A stretch of DNA of 64,000 bases from positions 1,612,001 to 1,676,000 of the forward strand of contig CM074814.1 in assembly GCA_037447605.1 (NCBI GenBank), written 5' to 3'. Origin of the DNA: Zygnema circumcarinatum SAG 698-1b. Its lineage: Eukaryota > Plantae > Zygnematophyceae. The notes beneath the pieces were generated by a model. The model ran no database searches and was not told where the DNA came from. It saw nothing but the letters and a program-made list of their open reading frames with translations. Of this stretch, positions 10,785 to 22,949 are shown one piece after another; positions within the stretch are counted from its first letter, which is position 1, and each line of letters starts with the position of its first letter. A program made the position numbers and the translations under genes.

Positions 10785-13700
10785 ACCCTACAACCCTAAA
10801 ATCCTCACTCTGCAACCATCCGAACTCGACGCCCTACATCCTAAACCTTCCAACTGTACACAATGAAACATAAACCCTGAATGCAGACCCTAAACCCTGC
10901 ACCCTTACCCTAAACCAACCCCTAAACCCTAAACCCTAACTCCTGCACCCTAAACCCTAACTCCTGCACCCTAAACCCTAAACCCTCAACCCTGCACCCT
11001 AAACCCTGCACCCTAAACCCTAAACCCTAAACCCTAAACCCTAAACCCTGCACCCTAAACACTAAACCCTGCACCCTTAACCCTAAACCCTGCACCCCTT
11101 ACCCTAAACCATGCACCCTAAACCCTAAATTCTGCACCCCAAACCTTAAACCCTCAACCCTGCACCCTAAACCCTAAACCCTGCACCCTAAACCCTAAAC
11201 CCTGCACCCTAAACCCTCAACCCTGCACCCTAAACCCTAAACCCTGTACCCTAAACCCTGCACCCCAAACCCTAAACCCTGCACCCTAAACCATAAACCC
11301 TAAACCCTGCACCCTAAACCCTAAACCCTGTACCCTAAACCCTTAACCCTGCACCCTAAACCCTAAACCCTGCACCCTAAACCCTGCACCCCTTACCCTA
11401 AACCATGCACCCTAAACCCTAAATTCTGCACCCCAAACCTTAAACCCTCAACCCTGCACCTTAAACCCTAAACCCTGCATCCTAAACCCTAAACCCTGCA
11501 CCCTAAACCCTAAATTCTGCACCCCAAACCTTAAACCCTCAACACTGGGCCCTAAACCCAAAACCCTGCACCCTAAACCCTAAACCCTCAACCCTGCACC
11601 CTAAACCCTAAACCCTGCACACTAAACCCTGCACCCTAAACCCTAAACCCTGTACCCTAAACCCTGCACCCCAAACCCTAAACCCTGCACCGTAAACCAT
11701 AAACCCTAAACCCTGCACCCTAAACCCTAAACCCTGCACCCTAAACCCTAAACCCTGTACCCTTAACCCTGCACCCCAAACCCTAAACCCTACACCCTAA
11801 ACCCTAAGCCCTCAACCCGGCACCCTAAACCCTAAACCCTGTACCCTAAACCCTGCACCCCAAACCCTAAACCCTGCACCCTAAACCATAAACCCTAAAC
11901 CCTGCACCCTAAAACCTAAACCCTGCACTCTGCCCCTCNTAAACCCTAAACCCTAAACCCTGCACCCTAAACCCTAAACCCTGCACCCTAAACCCTAAAC
12001 CCTAAACCCTAAACCCTGCACCCTAAACCCTAAACCCTGCACCCTAAACCCTAAACCCTGCACCCTAAACCCTAAATTCTGCTGCCCCCACCTTAAACCC
12101 TCAACCCTGGGCCCTAAACCCTAAACCCTGCACCCTGCACCCTGCACCCTAAACCCTAAACCCTGCAGCCTAAACCCTAAACCCTCAACCCTGCACCCTT
12201 AACCCTAAACCCTTCAACCTAAACCCTAAACCCTGCACCCTGCACCCTAAACCCTAAACCCTAAACCCTAAACCCTGCACCCTAAACCCTAAACCCTAAA
12301 CCCTAAACCCTAAACCCTAAACCCTGCTCCCTAAACCCTAAACCCTGCACCCTGCACCTTAAACCCTAAACTGCACTCTAAACCCTAAACCCCTGCACAC
12401 TAAAACCCTAAACCTCTGCACCCTAAACCCTAAACCCTAAACCCTAACCTCTAAACTCCTGCACTCCTAAACTCCTAAACTCCTCAACCCTGCACTCCTA
12501 ACTCCTAAACCTGCACACTCCTGCACCCTAAACCCTGCACCCTGCACCCTAAACCCTAAACCCTGCACACTAAACCCTAAACCCTGCACCCTAAACCCTT
12601 AACCCTGCACTCTAAACCCTAAACCCTGCACTCTAAACCCTAAACCCTGCACCCTAAACCCTAAACCCTGCACCCTTAACCCTGCACCCCAAACCCTAAA
12701 CCCTGCACCCTAAACCCTAAACCCTGCACCATAAACCCTAAACCCTGCACCCTAAACCCTAAACCCTAAACCCTGCACCCTAAACCCTAAACCCTGCACT
12801 CTAAACCCTACACCCTGCACTCTAAACCCTAAACCCTGCACCCTTAACCCTAAACCCTGCACCCTAAACCCTAAATTATGCACCCCAAACCTTAAACCCT
12901 CAACCCTGCACCCTAAACCCTAAACCCTCCACCCTAAACCCGAAACCCTGCACCCTAAACCCTAAATTCTGCACCCTCCACCCTAAACCCTCAACCCTGG
13001 GCCCTAAATCCTAAACCCTGCACCCTGCACCCTAAAACCCTCAACCCTGCACCCCTGCACCCTAAACCCTAAACCCTGCACCCTAAACCCTAAACCACCC
13101 TAAACCCTAAACCCTAAACCCTAAACCCTAAACCCTAAACCCTGCACCCTAAACCCTAAACCCTAAACCCTAAACCCTGCACCCTAAACCCTAAACCCTA
13201 AACCCTGCACCCTAAAACCTAAACCCTGCACCCTAAACCCTAAACCCTAAACCCTGCACCCTAAACCCTAAACCCTAAACCCTACAACCCTAAACCCTGC
13301 TCCCTAAACCCTTAACCCTGCACTCTAAACCCTAAACCCTCCCTAACCCTGCACCCCTAACCCTAAACCCTGCACCCTAAACCCTAAACCCTAAACCCTG
13401 CACCCTAAACCCTCAACCCTGCACCCTAAACCCTAAACCCTGCACCCTAAACCCTGCACCCTGCACCCTAAACCCTAAACCCTGCACCCTAAACCCTAAA
13501 CCCTGCACCCTTAAACCCTAAACCCTGCACCCCCTAAACCCTGCAAAACCCTAAACCCTGCACCCTAAACCCTAAACCCTGCACCCCAAACCTTAAACCC
13601 TCAACCCTGGGCCCTAAACCCTAAACCCTGCACCCTAAACCCTAAACCCTAAACCCTAAACCCTGCACCCTAAACCCTAAACCCTAAACCCTAAACCCTT

Positions 13701-16700
13701 CACCCTAAACCCTAAACCCTGCACCCTGCACCCTAAACCCTAAACCCTGCACACTAAACCCTGCACACTAAACCCTGCACCCTAAACCCTGCACCCTGCA
13801 CCCTAAACCCGAAACCCTGCTCCCTAAACCCTAAACCCTGCCCCCTAAACCCTAAACCCTGCTCCCTAAACCCTAAACCCTGCACCCTAAACCCTAAACC
13901 CTGCACCCTAAACCCTAAACCCTGCACTCTAAACCCTAAACCCTGCACCCTAAACCCTAAACCCTGCACCCTAAACCCTGCACCCTCAACCCTAAACCCT
14001 CAACCCTGCACCCTAAATTCTGCACCCCAAACCTTAAACCCTCAACCCTGCACCCTAAACCCTGCACCCTGTACCCTAAACCCTAAATTCTGAACCCCAA
14101 ACCTTAAACCCTCAACCCTGGGCCCTAAACCCTAAACCCTGCACCCCAAACCCTAAACCCTGCACCCTAAACCCTAAACCCTGCACCCTAAACCCTAAAC
14201 CCTGCACCCTAAACCCTAAACCCTAAACCCTAAACCCTAAACCCTAAACCCTAAACCCTAAACCCTGCACCCTAAACCCTAAACCCACTCTAAACCCTAA
14301 ACCCTGCACCCCCTAAACCCTGCACCCTAAACCCTAAACCCTGCACCCTAAACCCTAAACCCTGCACCCTAAACCCTAAACCCTGCACCCTAAACCCTAA
14401 ACCCTAAACCCTGCACCCTGCACCCTAAACCCTCATCCCTGCACCCTAAACCCTAAACCCTGCACCCCAAACCTTAAACCCTCAACCCTGCACCCTAAAC
14501 CCTAAACCCTTCACCCTAAACCCGAAACCCTGCACCCTAAACCCTAAATTCTGCACCCCAAACCTTAAACCCTCAACCCTGGGCCCTAAACCCTAAACCC
14601 TGCACCCTGCACCCTAAACCCTAAACCCTGCAGCCTAAACCCTAAACCCTCAACCCTGCACCCTTAACCCTAAACCCTTCAACCTAAAACCCTAAAACTC
14701 CTGCACCCTGCACCCTAAAACTCCTAAACCCTGCACACTCAAACCCTCGGCCACTCAAAACCCTGTGACCCTAAAACTCCTGCACCTGCACCCCAAACCC
14801 GAAACCCTGCTCCCTAAACCCTAAACCCTGCTCCCTAAACCCTAAACCCTGCTCCCTACCCTAAACCCTGCACCCTAAACCCTAAACCCTGCACTAAACC
14901 CTAAACCCTAAACCCTAAACCCTGCACCCTAAACCCTAAACCCTGCACCCTAAACCCTAAACCCTGCACCCTAAACCCTAAACCCTAAACCCTAAACCCT
15001 AAACCCTAAACCCTAAACTGCACCCCAAACCTTAAACCCTCAACCCTGCACCCTAAACCCTAAACCCTGTACCCCCTAACCCTGAACCCTGTAACCCTAA
15101 ACCCTAACCCTGCACCCTAAACCCTAAACCCTGCACCCTAAACCCTAAACCCTGCACCCTAAACCCTAAACCCTGCACCCTAAACCCTAAACCCTGCACC
15201 CTAAACCCTAAACCCTGCACCCTAAACCCTAAACCCTGCACCCTAAACCCTAATCCCTGCACCCTAAACCCTCAACCCTGCACCCTAAATCCTAAACCCT
15301 GTACCCTAAACCCTGCACCCCATACCCTAAACCCTGCACCCAAAACCCTAAACCCTCCACTCTAAACCCTAAACAATGCACCCTAAACCCTTAACCCACA
15401 ACCCTGCACCCTAAACCCTAAACCCTGCGCCCTAAACCCTGAACCCTGCACCCTAAACCCTAAACCCTGCACCCTTAACCCTAAACCCTGCACCCTAAAC
15501 CCTAATCCCTGCACCCTAAACCCTCAACCCTGCACCCTAAATCCTAAACCCTGTACCCTAAACCCTGCACCCCATACCTCTAAACCCTGCACCCAAAACC
15601 CTAAACCCTCCACTCTAAACCCTAAACAATGCACCCTAAACCCTAAACCCTCAACCCTCAACCCTGCACCCTAAACCCTAAACCCTAAACCCTGCACCCT
15701 GCACCCTAAACCCTGCACCCTAAACCCTAAACCCTGCACCCTAAACCCTAAACCCTGCACCCTAAACCCTGCACCCTAAACCCTAAACCCTGCACCCGAA
15801 ACCCTCAACCCGAACCCTAAACCCTGCACCCTGCACCCTTAACCCTGCATCCTAAACCCTGCACCCGAAACCCTTCACCCTACTCCCTAAACCCTAAACC
15901 CTGCACCCTAAACCCTAAACCCTGCACCCTAAACCCTAAACCCTCAACCCTCAACCCTGCACCCTAAACCCTGCACCCTAAACCCTGCACCCTAAACCCT
16001 AAACCCTGCACCCTAAACCCTAAACCCTAAACTCCACTCTAAAACCCTAAACAATGCACCCTAAACCCTAAACCCTCAACCCTCAACCCTCAACCCTGCA
16101 CCCTAAACCCTAAACCCTGCACCCTAAACCCTAAACCTGCACCCTAAACCCTAAACCCTGCACCCTAAACCCTAAAAACCTAAACCCTAAACCCTGCACC
16201 CTAAACCCTGCACCCTGCACCCTAAACCCTGCACCCTGCACCCTAAACCCTGCACCCTAAACCCTAAACCCTAAACCCTGCTAAACCCTAAACCCTGCAC
16301 CCTAAACCCTAAACCCTAAACCCTAAACCCTAAACCCTAAACCCTAAACCCTAAACCCTAAACCCTAAACCCTAAACCCTGCACCCTAAACCCTAAACCC
16401 TAAACCCTAAACCCTGCACCCTAAACCCTAAACCCTAAACCCTGCACCCTAAACCCTAAACCCTGCACCTCTAAACCCTAAACCCTGCACCCTAAACCCT
16501 AAACCCTGCACCCTAAACCCTAAACCCTGCACCCTAAACCCTAAACCCTAAACCCTAAACCCTAAACCCTAAACCCTGCACCCTAAACCCTAAACCCTAA
16601 ACCCTAAACCCTAAACCCTAAACCCTAAACCCTGCACCCTAAACCCTAAACCCTGCACCCTAAACCCTAAACCCTGCACCCTAAACCCTAAACCCTGCAC

Positions 16701-17010
16701 CCTAAACCCTGCACCCTAAACCCTAAACCCTGCACCCTAAACCCTAAACCCTGCACCCTAAACCCTAAACCCTGCACCCTAAACCCTAAACCCTGCACCC
16801 TAAACCCTAAACCCTAAACCCTGCACCCTAAACCCTAAACCCTGCACCCTAAACCCTAAACCCTGCACCCTAAACTTTAAGCCCTGCACCCTAAGCCCTC
16901 AACCCTTAACCCTCAACCCGCACCCTAAACCCTAAACCCTGCACCCTAAACCCCGCACCCTAAACCCTCAACCCTTAACCCTGCACCCTAAACCTTAAAC
17001 CCTACATCTT
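10785..17010 (-). repeat. ~6.2-kb interstitial telomeric array: CCCTAAA interleaved with CCCTGCA and minor CCCTCAA/CCCTGTA
   Basis: Continuous 7-mer phase with a dominant 21-bp unit CCCTAAA-CCCTAAA-CCCTGCA. One N at 11939. Confidence 0.97.
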
Positions 17011-17021
17011 GCATCCTGCAT

Positions 17022-17830
17022 CTGTTTTTTTCTTTTCTTTTTTTAAGAATTTAGAGGGGGACGAGAAGGTGAGTAGTTCGGAGGTCCGCATTGGCAGCAA
17101 GCGTCAATGTAAATAGCATTTTTTTTCCTTCTTTTTTAAGGCCCTGTGGTAAGTTTTTTCTGCCCAGCAGCATAGGGAGGCTTATTCTTTGCCGCGTGTG
17201 TGTGTCGGAGGAATTTTGAAGTGACCAAAAAAATAAAAAAAGTTGTGGCTTTCAGCATTTTCCAGCCGATGTTGCAGTTGTTGGCAATGGTTGGGTGGGG
17301 AGCCAGCCAATGGTTGCAACCATTGGCAATGATTGGGTGGGGCGGGAATCAATGGTCCAATGGTTGCAGTTATTGGCAATGGTTGAAGCCAGCCAATGGT
17401 TGCAACTATTTGCAATGGTTCAGTGTGGCGGGAATCAATGGTCCAACGGTTGCAGTCATTGGCAGTGGTTGGCTTGGTTGCAACCATTGGCAATGGTTGG
17501 GTGGGGCGGGAATCAATGGTCTAATGGTTGCAGTTATTGGCAATGGTTGGCTCGGGAGCCAGCCAATGGTTGCAACCATTGGCAATGGTTGGGTGGGCAA
17601 GCAATATATCGCATTTTTGCAAGCCGAGATATATCGAGCGATGGAGTATCGCGATACATCCAATACTTCCATAGCCCTTTATATCTGTGAAGTTCCAGAA
17701 TCGCCCCCTCCGCCAAGCTGCCTCAAAATCGAAGAATTTACATTAACGTGGCGCCTACTCGTTGGTCGCGGTTCGAAAACTCTCTGTCTCTTCCCCCGCC
17801 TCCGTGCGCTTACCGCGTCCCGCACCACGT
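17022..17830 (+). repeat. Second copy of the composite block (includes satellite block 5, 17270-17600)
   Basis: Colinear with 6530-7650; has ~60 extra nt near 17150-17220. Confidence 0.88.
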
Positions 17831-18510
17831 TGTGCCCGCCATCGCTGGACGCCCTTTGATTGGCTGCGCGTGACTTCGATCCTCGTCTTCGTGGCGCGTC
17901 TAGCGACTGTCACGTCACGCCCCTGAGTTCGAGCACGTACTGTATTGATTTTTGCAGTCGGCCCGCAGGTGCGAGTTCGTCTGTGTGCGCCGCGTGGCGA
18001 GTCTGGCGACTGTGGTCCCATCGAGGCAAAATCTTCTTACGCGTCGGCCGTCGATGGCCGTTGGAGGATTCCACACCGTCCGATTAGCCATTAAGAAAAG
18101 CACTGCTGATGTCAGCCATCCGCTCGTCGTGGGACCACCGCGTAGCTGTGACGCCACGTGGAGCCCTCGCTAGACCTGCCGCCTGCTCTGCCAGGTGGCG
18201 CTTGTCGGGACCTGTGATAAGGTCGTCGCACTACTGTATACGGACGGCCCGGACCGCCCGTTGACCAAATTGGAAGATACGTGGCGTTGTTTCAGTCGTC
18301 CGATCTCAGACATTGCCGTTCGGGCCTGCACGCGCTCCCCCACCGACCACAAAGCGCCGGCGCGCAGAATGAAAGTGCCTGCGCATCGGCCAATCACAGG
18401 CCGCCATTGGATCGGTGCGCTTTGGCGGTTCGGAATGCGCACCGCCACGTGGCGCGCTTCCTCGCCAAAAACGCGGTCCCACCAGTCGAGTGAATGCTTA
18501 CCGACATTTG

Positions 18511-18660
18511 TGGGAGAAAGTTTCATTGAACTCACGATGGCGAGGCCATCAAATAAATGTATAGTACATGGACAAAAGCAAAATGTGGAACCACGAGGGA
18601 CTGGTCGCAAAGTACCGAAACACAATAAAACGTAAAATAAGCTACGAGCGGAAAAGTACG
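18511..18660 (+). repeat. Dispersed ~100-150 bp repeat, copy 1 of 3
   Basis: CATTGAACTCACGATGGCGAGGCCATCAAAT...GGAACCACGAG..ACTGGTCGCAA. Homologues at ~35961-36095 (+) and ~52435-52520 (-). Confidence 0.75.
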
Positions 18661-19134
18661 CCTAGGCACACAACGCAGCCCTCCGCGAAGGTGAGTCACC
18701 GATGTGCGGCACATCCCGAGGAGGAGGGAGCGCGGGAAGTCCACCAACACCCGCAGCTTCACGCCGAAGAAGAAGCGTAGAAGCGAGGACGGCAGCGCTC
18801 AAGGGCGACGGAAATGCGCTGTCGATAAAAGGTACAGTAGCCAGCCAGGATCGCCGGAGGAGGGCTTCCTTCCTTCCGGGGCCGTGCGCGTATCTCGAAG
18901 GAGCGATGGGCGCACTGGCGAAGGAAGGTATGTGTCCAAACGGGTGAATAGTCGGTCGTGGGGACACAAGGTGGCTCGCCTCCCGTCGCACAGGGTAGTT
19001 AGCTTCTTGAGCCACCGCAGCAATCGCATCGCGCACAACACTATGAGCCAAAATGCGTTCGCCGCCGTGTGCGCATCCGATTGAATCACCACAAACAAAC
19101 AAACACACTAACGAGGACAACCCTACAATGGTTA

Positions 19135-19466
19135 TCTTCGCCGCGAGTACAGTACCAGGTCGTACGGCGCCTCACGTCACCTCGTGTCACGTCACGCGCA
19201 CATTACGCGACCATTCCCCCACGGCGGTGGCGCCACCTGTTGGTCCGTACACTCTTCCCCAGATTTCAGGATAGGGTAGGCGCACGGCCCGCCGTTTTGA
19301 GCCGCATATCTCCTCTCCGGGCAGCTCGTGGCCAACCTTGAGCTGCCCGGAGGGCGCTCGCCCAATGCGGACGCTTGCTCTGCGCACACGGAAGCAGAAA
19401 ACATTTCAGGGCTGCCCGGGGCCCACCCCAAGGCCTGGGCCATCATTTCTCCCTCCCTCACCTCTC

Positions 19467-19518
<52 letters not shown>

Positions 19519-19540
19519 GCAGCCAGGCACGGCCATGGCT
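19135..19540 (+). repeat. Left arm of long imperfect inverted repeat (promoter-like module + (CT)n 5'UTR)
   Basis: CATTCCCCCACGGCGGTGGCGCCACCTGT, CTTGAGCTGCCCGG...CGCTCGCCCAAT, GGCTGCCCGGGGCCC.CCCCAAGGCCT and the CT tract all reappear reverse-complemented, in order, at 22950-23380. Confidence 0.88.
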
Positions 19541-20689
19541 GCCGCGGCCTCTTTCTCGTTCTCCCTCCGCGAGCGCGTGCGCGCGCTGGCGCTGAGCCAG
19601 CTGCAGGCGCTGCTCTCGCACTTACTGGCGGCTCTGCGCCGCCGCGCTGGGCGCCGACCGCGACGCCTTCGCGCAGACGGCCCTCGACTACATCGAGGCG
19701 TACGGCGTGCTCGACCTCCCTCCCCTACCGCCGCCTTCTGCCCAGCATGCCGCCTCTCTCGCAGGGGCCGAGGAGGAGGAGGAGGAGGAGGAGGGGGGCG
19801 AGTGCGCCGAGAGGGAGGGGGAAAGAGGCAGCGTCGTCAAGCGCCTCCGCATGGCGTCGCCTGCTGCGCCCATCCCCTTCTCTCCCGCTCCCTTCTTCCG
19901 CCTGCGAGCCTCCACCTCGGAAGAAGCCGACGCAGACGCAGCCAAGTTGAAGACTGCGGAGGAGATCGGAGCTGCGGAGGCAAGTTTTAGGAATGTTGGT
20001 GTAGGTTTTGCTTTTGGATACGGCAGGGAGACCGAGAGTGTTTGTGATGTTCCTCGCTCTCCCATCCCTAGAGTGGGAGTGAGGGAGAGGAAAGTAAGGT
20101 TTATGATGGAGGGAAAGGTGAAGGTGCCAGGAAAGGGGGACAGTGACAACGAATCCGGGGAGGAAATGGAAGTAGAGGGAGTGAGAGGGACGAAGAGACA
20201 AAGGAGGGGGGGTGAAGACAATGAGAAGGAATATTCAATGCTCGGTAAGGGAGTGGGAGGAAAACGGGCGAGGGAGGGGGAGGAGGAGGCCGACATCGCC
20301 CTTTTGGGAGAGCGCGGAAAGGTGAGGGAAGATCATTCTCAAACCAGAAAAAAAAGAATTTATTTGTTTGCTGTATCTTGTTTCGTGTTCTTCTTCTGTC
20401 CTTCTTGTTTATCCTGTCCTGTTTATTTTCTCTGTTGTTTGTTCTATTTTTTTCCTTTTTTTTTTTTTGTCTTTTCTTTTTTTTTTTTTATATCCGTTTT
20501 TCTGTTTGGTTGTCCCGTGCAGTATTCCAATTACGTGTACGACTGCAGGGCGAAGGGTCGCAAAGAGACGATGAAGAAAAGGGGCTCTCTCCCTCGCGAC
20601 CCCTCCGCCCGTCCGAGGAGGGCCTTTCCCACTCGCTCTGTGGAAACCCACATCGGACAAATACAGGGTCCGGGAGGAGGTCCGGCTGA
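19535..20689 (+). pseudogene. Orphan gene, acidic/basic low-complexity protein, one apparent +1 frameshift near 19622
   Basis: GCCATGG start after a CT tract. MAAAASFSFSLRERVRALALSQLQALLSH continues as YWRLCAAALGADRDAFAQTALDYIEAYGVLDLP if one T is removed. T-rich intron 20322-20548 (GTGAG...CAG). The last-exon frame is ambiguous (stop 20689 or 20753). Confidence 0.5.
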
Positions 20690-21394
20690 ACCCCTCATGG
20701 GAAAGTACTTGCGTTTCTTCCGGTCTGTAACCGGGGGGGCGATAGGCATGTGATGTGCGTAAAGGCCACGAGTTTGGGAAGGAAGGGGGAGGCGGAGCGA
20801 GTGGTGGAGGAAGCCGCTGCCGCGGTTGGTTGGCCGGAGGGCCCCCCCGGCCACAGCGGCCGGCGGAGACAGTTAGAGGCACTTGTTGGATTTTTGCATT
20901 CTTTTTATTATTCGGTGTCTATGTCAGTTGCAGTTCAGTCTCAATTGCAGTTCCAGTTCCAGTTTCAGTGCCAGTTTCAGTTCCAGTTCAGTTTGGTGAA
21001 TACTGAGTGCGATTTTTTTTCTGCAACTTTATCGTGATTGCAGTTCCATCGCTACTTAGATGTAAGGTGCAGTTCAAGAGTGTAACTTAGCATGGAACTG
21101 GCTGACCAGTGACCAGCCTTTCAGTGAGATGGTAGTTTTGCAGCGTCATCCTCAACGAGGACAAGTCTGTTTTTTTTTTTTTTTTCATAAGATTGGAGGA
21201 GTTTGGAAACCCAAGAAGTGTTTGCACAAACAAATGAACTCTTTGTGTAAAACCATCAATAAAGCACGGATTTCCATGAACTGATGAGGACGACCTTGGC
21301 TGTTGCTTTAGCATGCACCAGGTTTCTCTGTCTTTTCCTAAGCTCAAATCCAGCCGTCCAATAAAATCGAACCAATAGGAACGTGCCATGTCAG

Positions 21395-21580
21395 ACTAGC
21401 CAAGGGCCAAGGGTTGAACGGAACATGGGTTGGACCAACCATTGGAATGGTCACGATTTGCAAATCAATAAATCCCGATCCAGCCAACCATTGGATGCAA
21501 TGGTTGCAGCCATTGGCAATGCTTGGCTGGCTAGCAAGCCAATGGTTGCAACCATTGGCAATGGTTGGCTGGGAAGCAAG
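21395..21580 (+). repeat. Satellite header + short satellite block 6
   Basis: GGGCCAAGGGTTGAACGGAACATGGGTTGGACCAACCATTGGAATGG...CCCGATCCAGCCAACCATTGGAT; the same header begins the block at 23734. Confidence 0.85.
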
Positions 21581-21952
21581 GGAGAGAGGGAGCGAGGGAA
21601 AGGGGGAGTGGGAGAGTGAAGGAGGGCGAGATAGAGGGAGAAAGGGGGATTCTGCACGCAACAGCAGCATGAACACACCAAAATAGTGCTGCAAAAAACA
21701 GGCATAGAGAGAGTCATACAATGAAAAAAGACCCTTTCTTCATAAAAAAGGACAGCCTTTAAGGCAAAAAAATTACAGCTGGCAATTTCTGACACACTTA
21801 TTCCGCTACTTCCTTTTGAAACTAAAACGGAAGTTGCCAGAGATGAAATTTCAATAAATACATGCCAAATTTTGTCCAAAAAAATTATTTACTCAGAAAA
21901 TGAGTAAAAATCATTTCTAATTATCTTGAACCTTCAGTAGTTTGATTTGGAC

Positions 21953-22946
21953 TCAAGGACACAAAGGGCACTTGAAGCCCCGGCCATCCTCAGATGGCAA
22001 AAACACTCCTCTCGGATCCGTCCACATCGGATGGAGAGGCTTCTGCTTGACTCTCAGCGATTCGTCCAAGCGGGCAAGTGCTTGGCGCAGAAGAGCCGAT
22101 TCACGCGCCAAGGCCGCATTGCTCGCCTCCATATCCCACCCGCTGTTCAGCCTTTCATGGATAGTAACCAAATCTTGCAGGTCGTCGCCTCCCTGCTTCC
22201 TTTTCCAATTCGAGAAATTGTGCAAATTTCCTCCCATTTGCATTTTCCCCTCCCCAGGACCACTCCGGCGGCTGTATTGCGGCTCACCGAATGCCTTTTG
22301 GGTCGCACTGAACACTGACGACGAGGCGCGGAACACAGGCCGCCGCCTGGCACTGAAGAGCGGCTCAGGCTCATCATAGAGCGGCGCCTTCAAGCTCGGA
22401 TAATCCAAGGACTTTGCATGATACTCCTTCGAGTTGCGGACAATGGGATACGTCTTCACGGTCCGGGGGGGCTGTATTGCCAACAAGGGATCAGAAAACG
22501 CGAAATCAGTCAAGCGTATGCATACAAACCTTCAAAACTGGCCCATACAAAAGCAAGCAGCATCAACGCAAAAAGCACTTTCCGATGCTAACAGCCCTAG
22601 AAACAAAAAGCTTGAAGTGTTTGGAAGGTGCAGCAGGTCATACCTGGCGAGGATTCGCTAACTCCTTTGCGAACTCCTCGTGCAACCAGTCCACAGCGAA
22701 AAGGTAGGCCTTTCCGAGTTCCGTGGCGCCCGCAAGCAGCCACGCCCAAGCGCTGTATCCAAGCACCGCCATGGCAGCCAGCGCATGCCAGGAGACGCTG
22801 CAAAAGACGACAAAAAGGTCTTCCAGGTGCGGGCGGGCGGCTGCAGCAGCCTTCAGCCCGCCGCCCACCGCCGCTGCGAGCAGCTGCATCAAGTGCAGCC
22901 AGAAAGCGCAGAAAGCTGCCGCCCTGGCAGCACCTGGCACGGCCAT
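21953..22946 (-). CDS. Orphan two-exon gene, ~273 aa, hydrophobic N-terminal segments, C-terminal helical stretch ending CPLCP
   Basis: Exon 1 22946-22644 (101 codons, donor GTATGA) joins in phase 0 to exon 2 22471-21953 (acceptor ...TTTTCTGATCCCTTGTTGGCAATACAG). The ATG follows a CT-rich leader on the minus strand. Confidence 0.6.
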
Positions 22947-22949
22947 GGA

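Noticed and set aside
13754-13969. ORF (QGLGFRV)n
   Set aside because: Translation of the 21-bp telomeric higher-order unit.
17830-19130. Overlapping ORFs in CpG-rich DNA as possible transposase or other genes
   Set aside because: No recognisable motif or consistent exon structure. Long ORFs are expected at this GC content.
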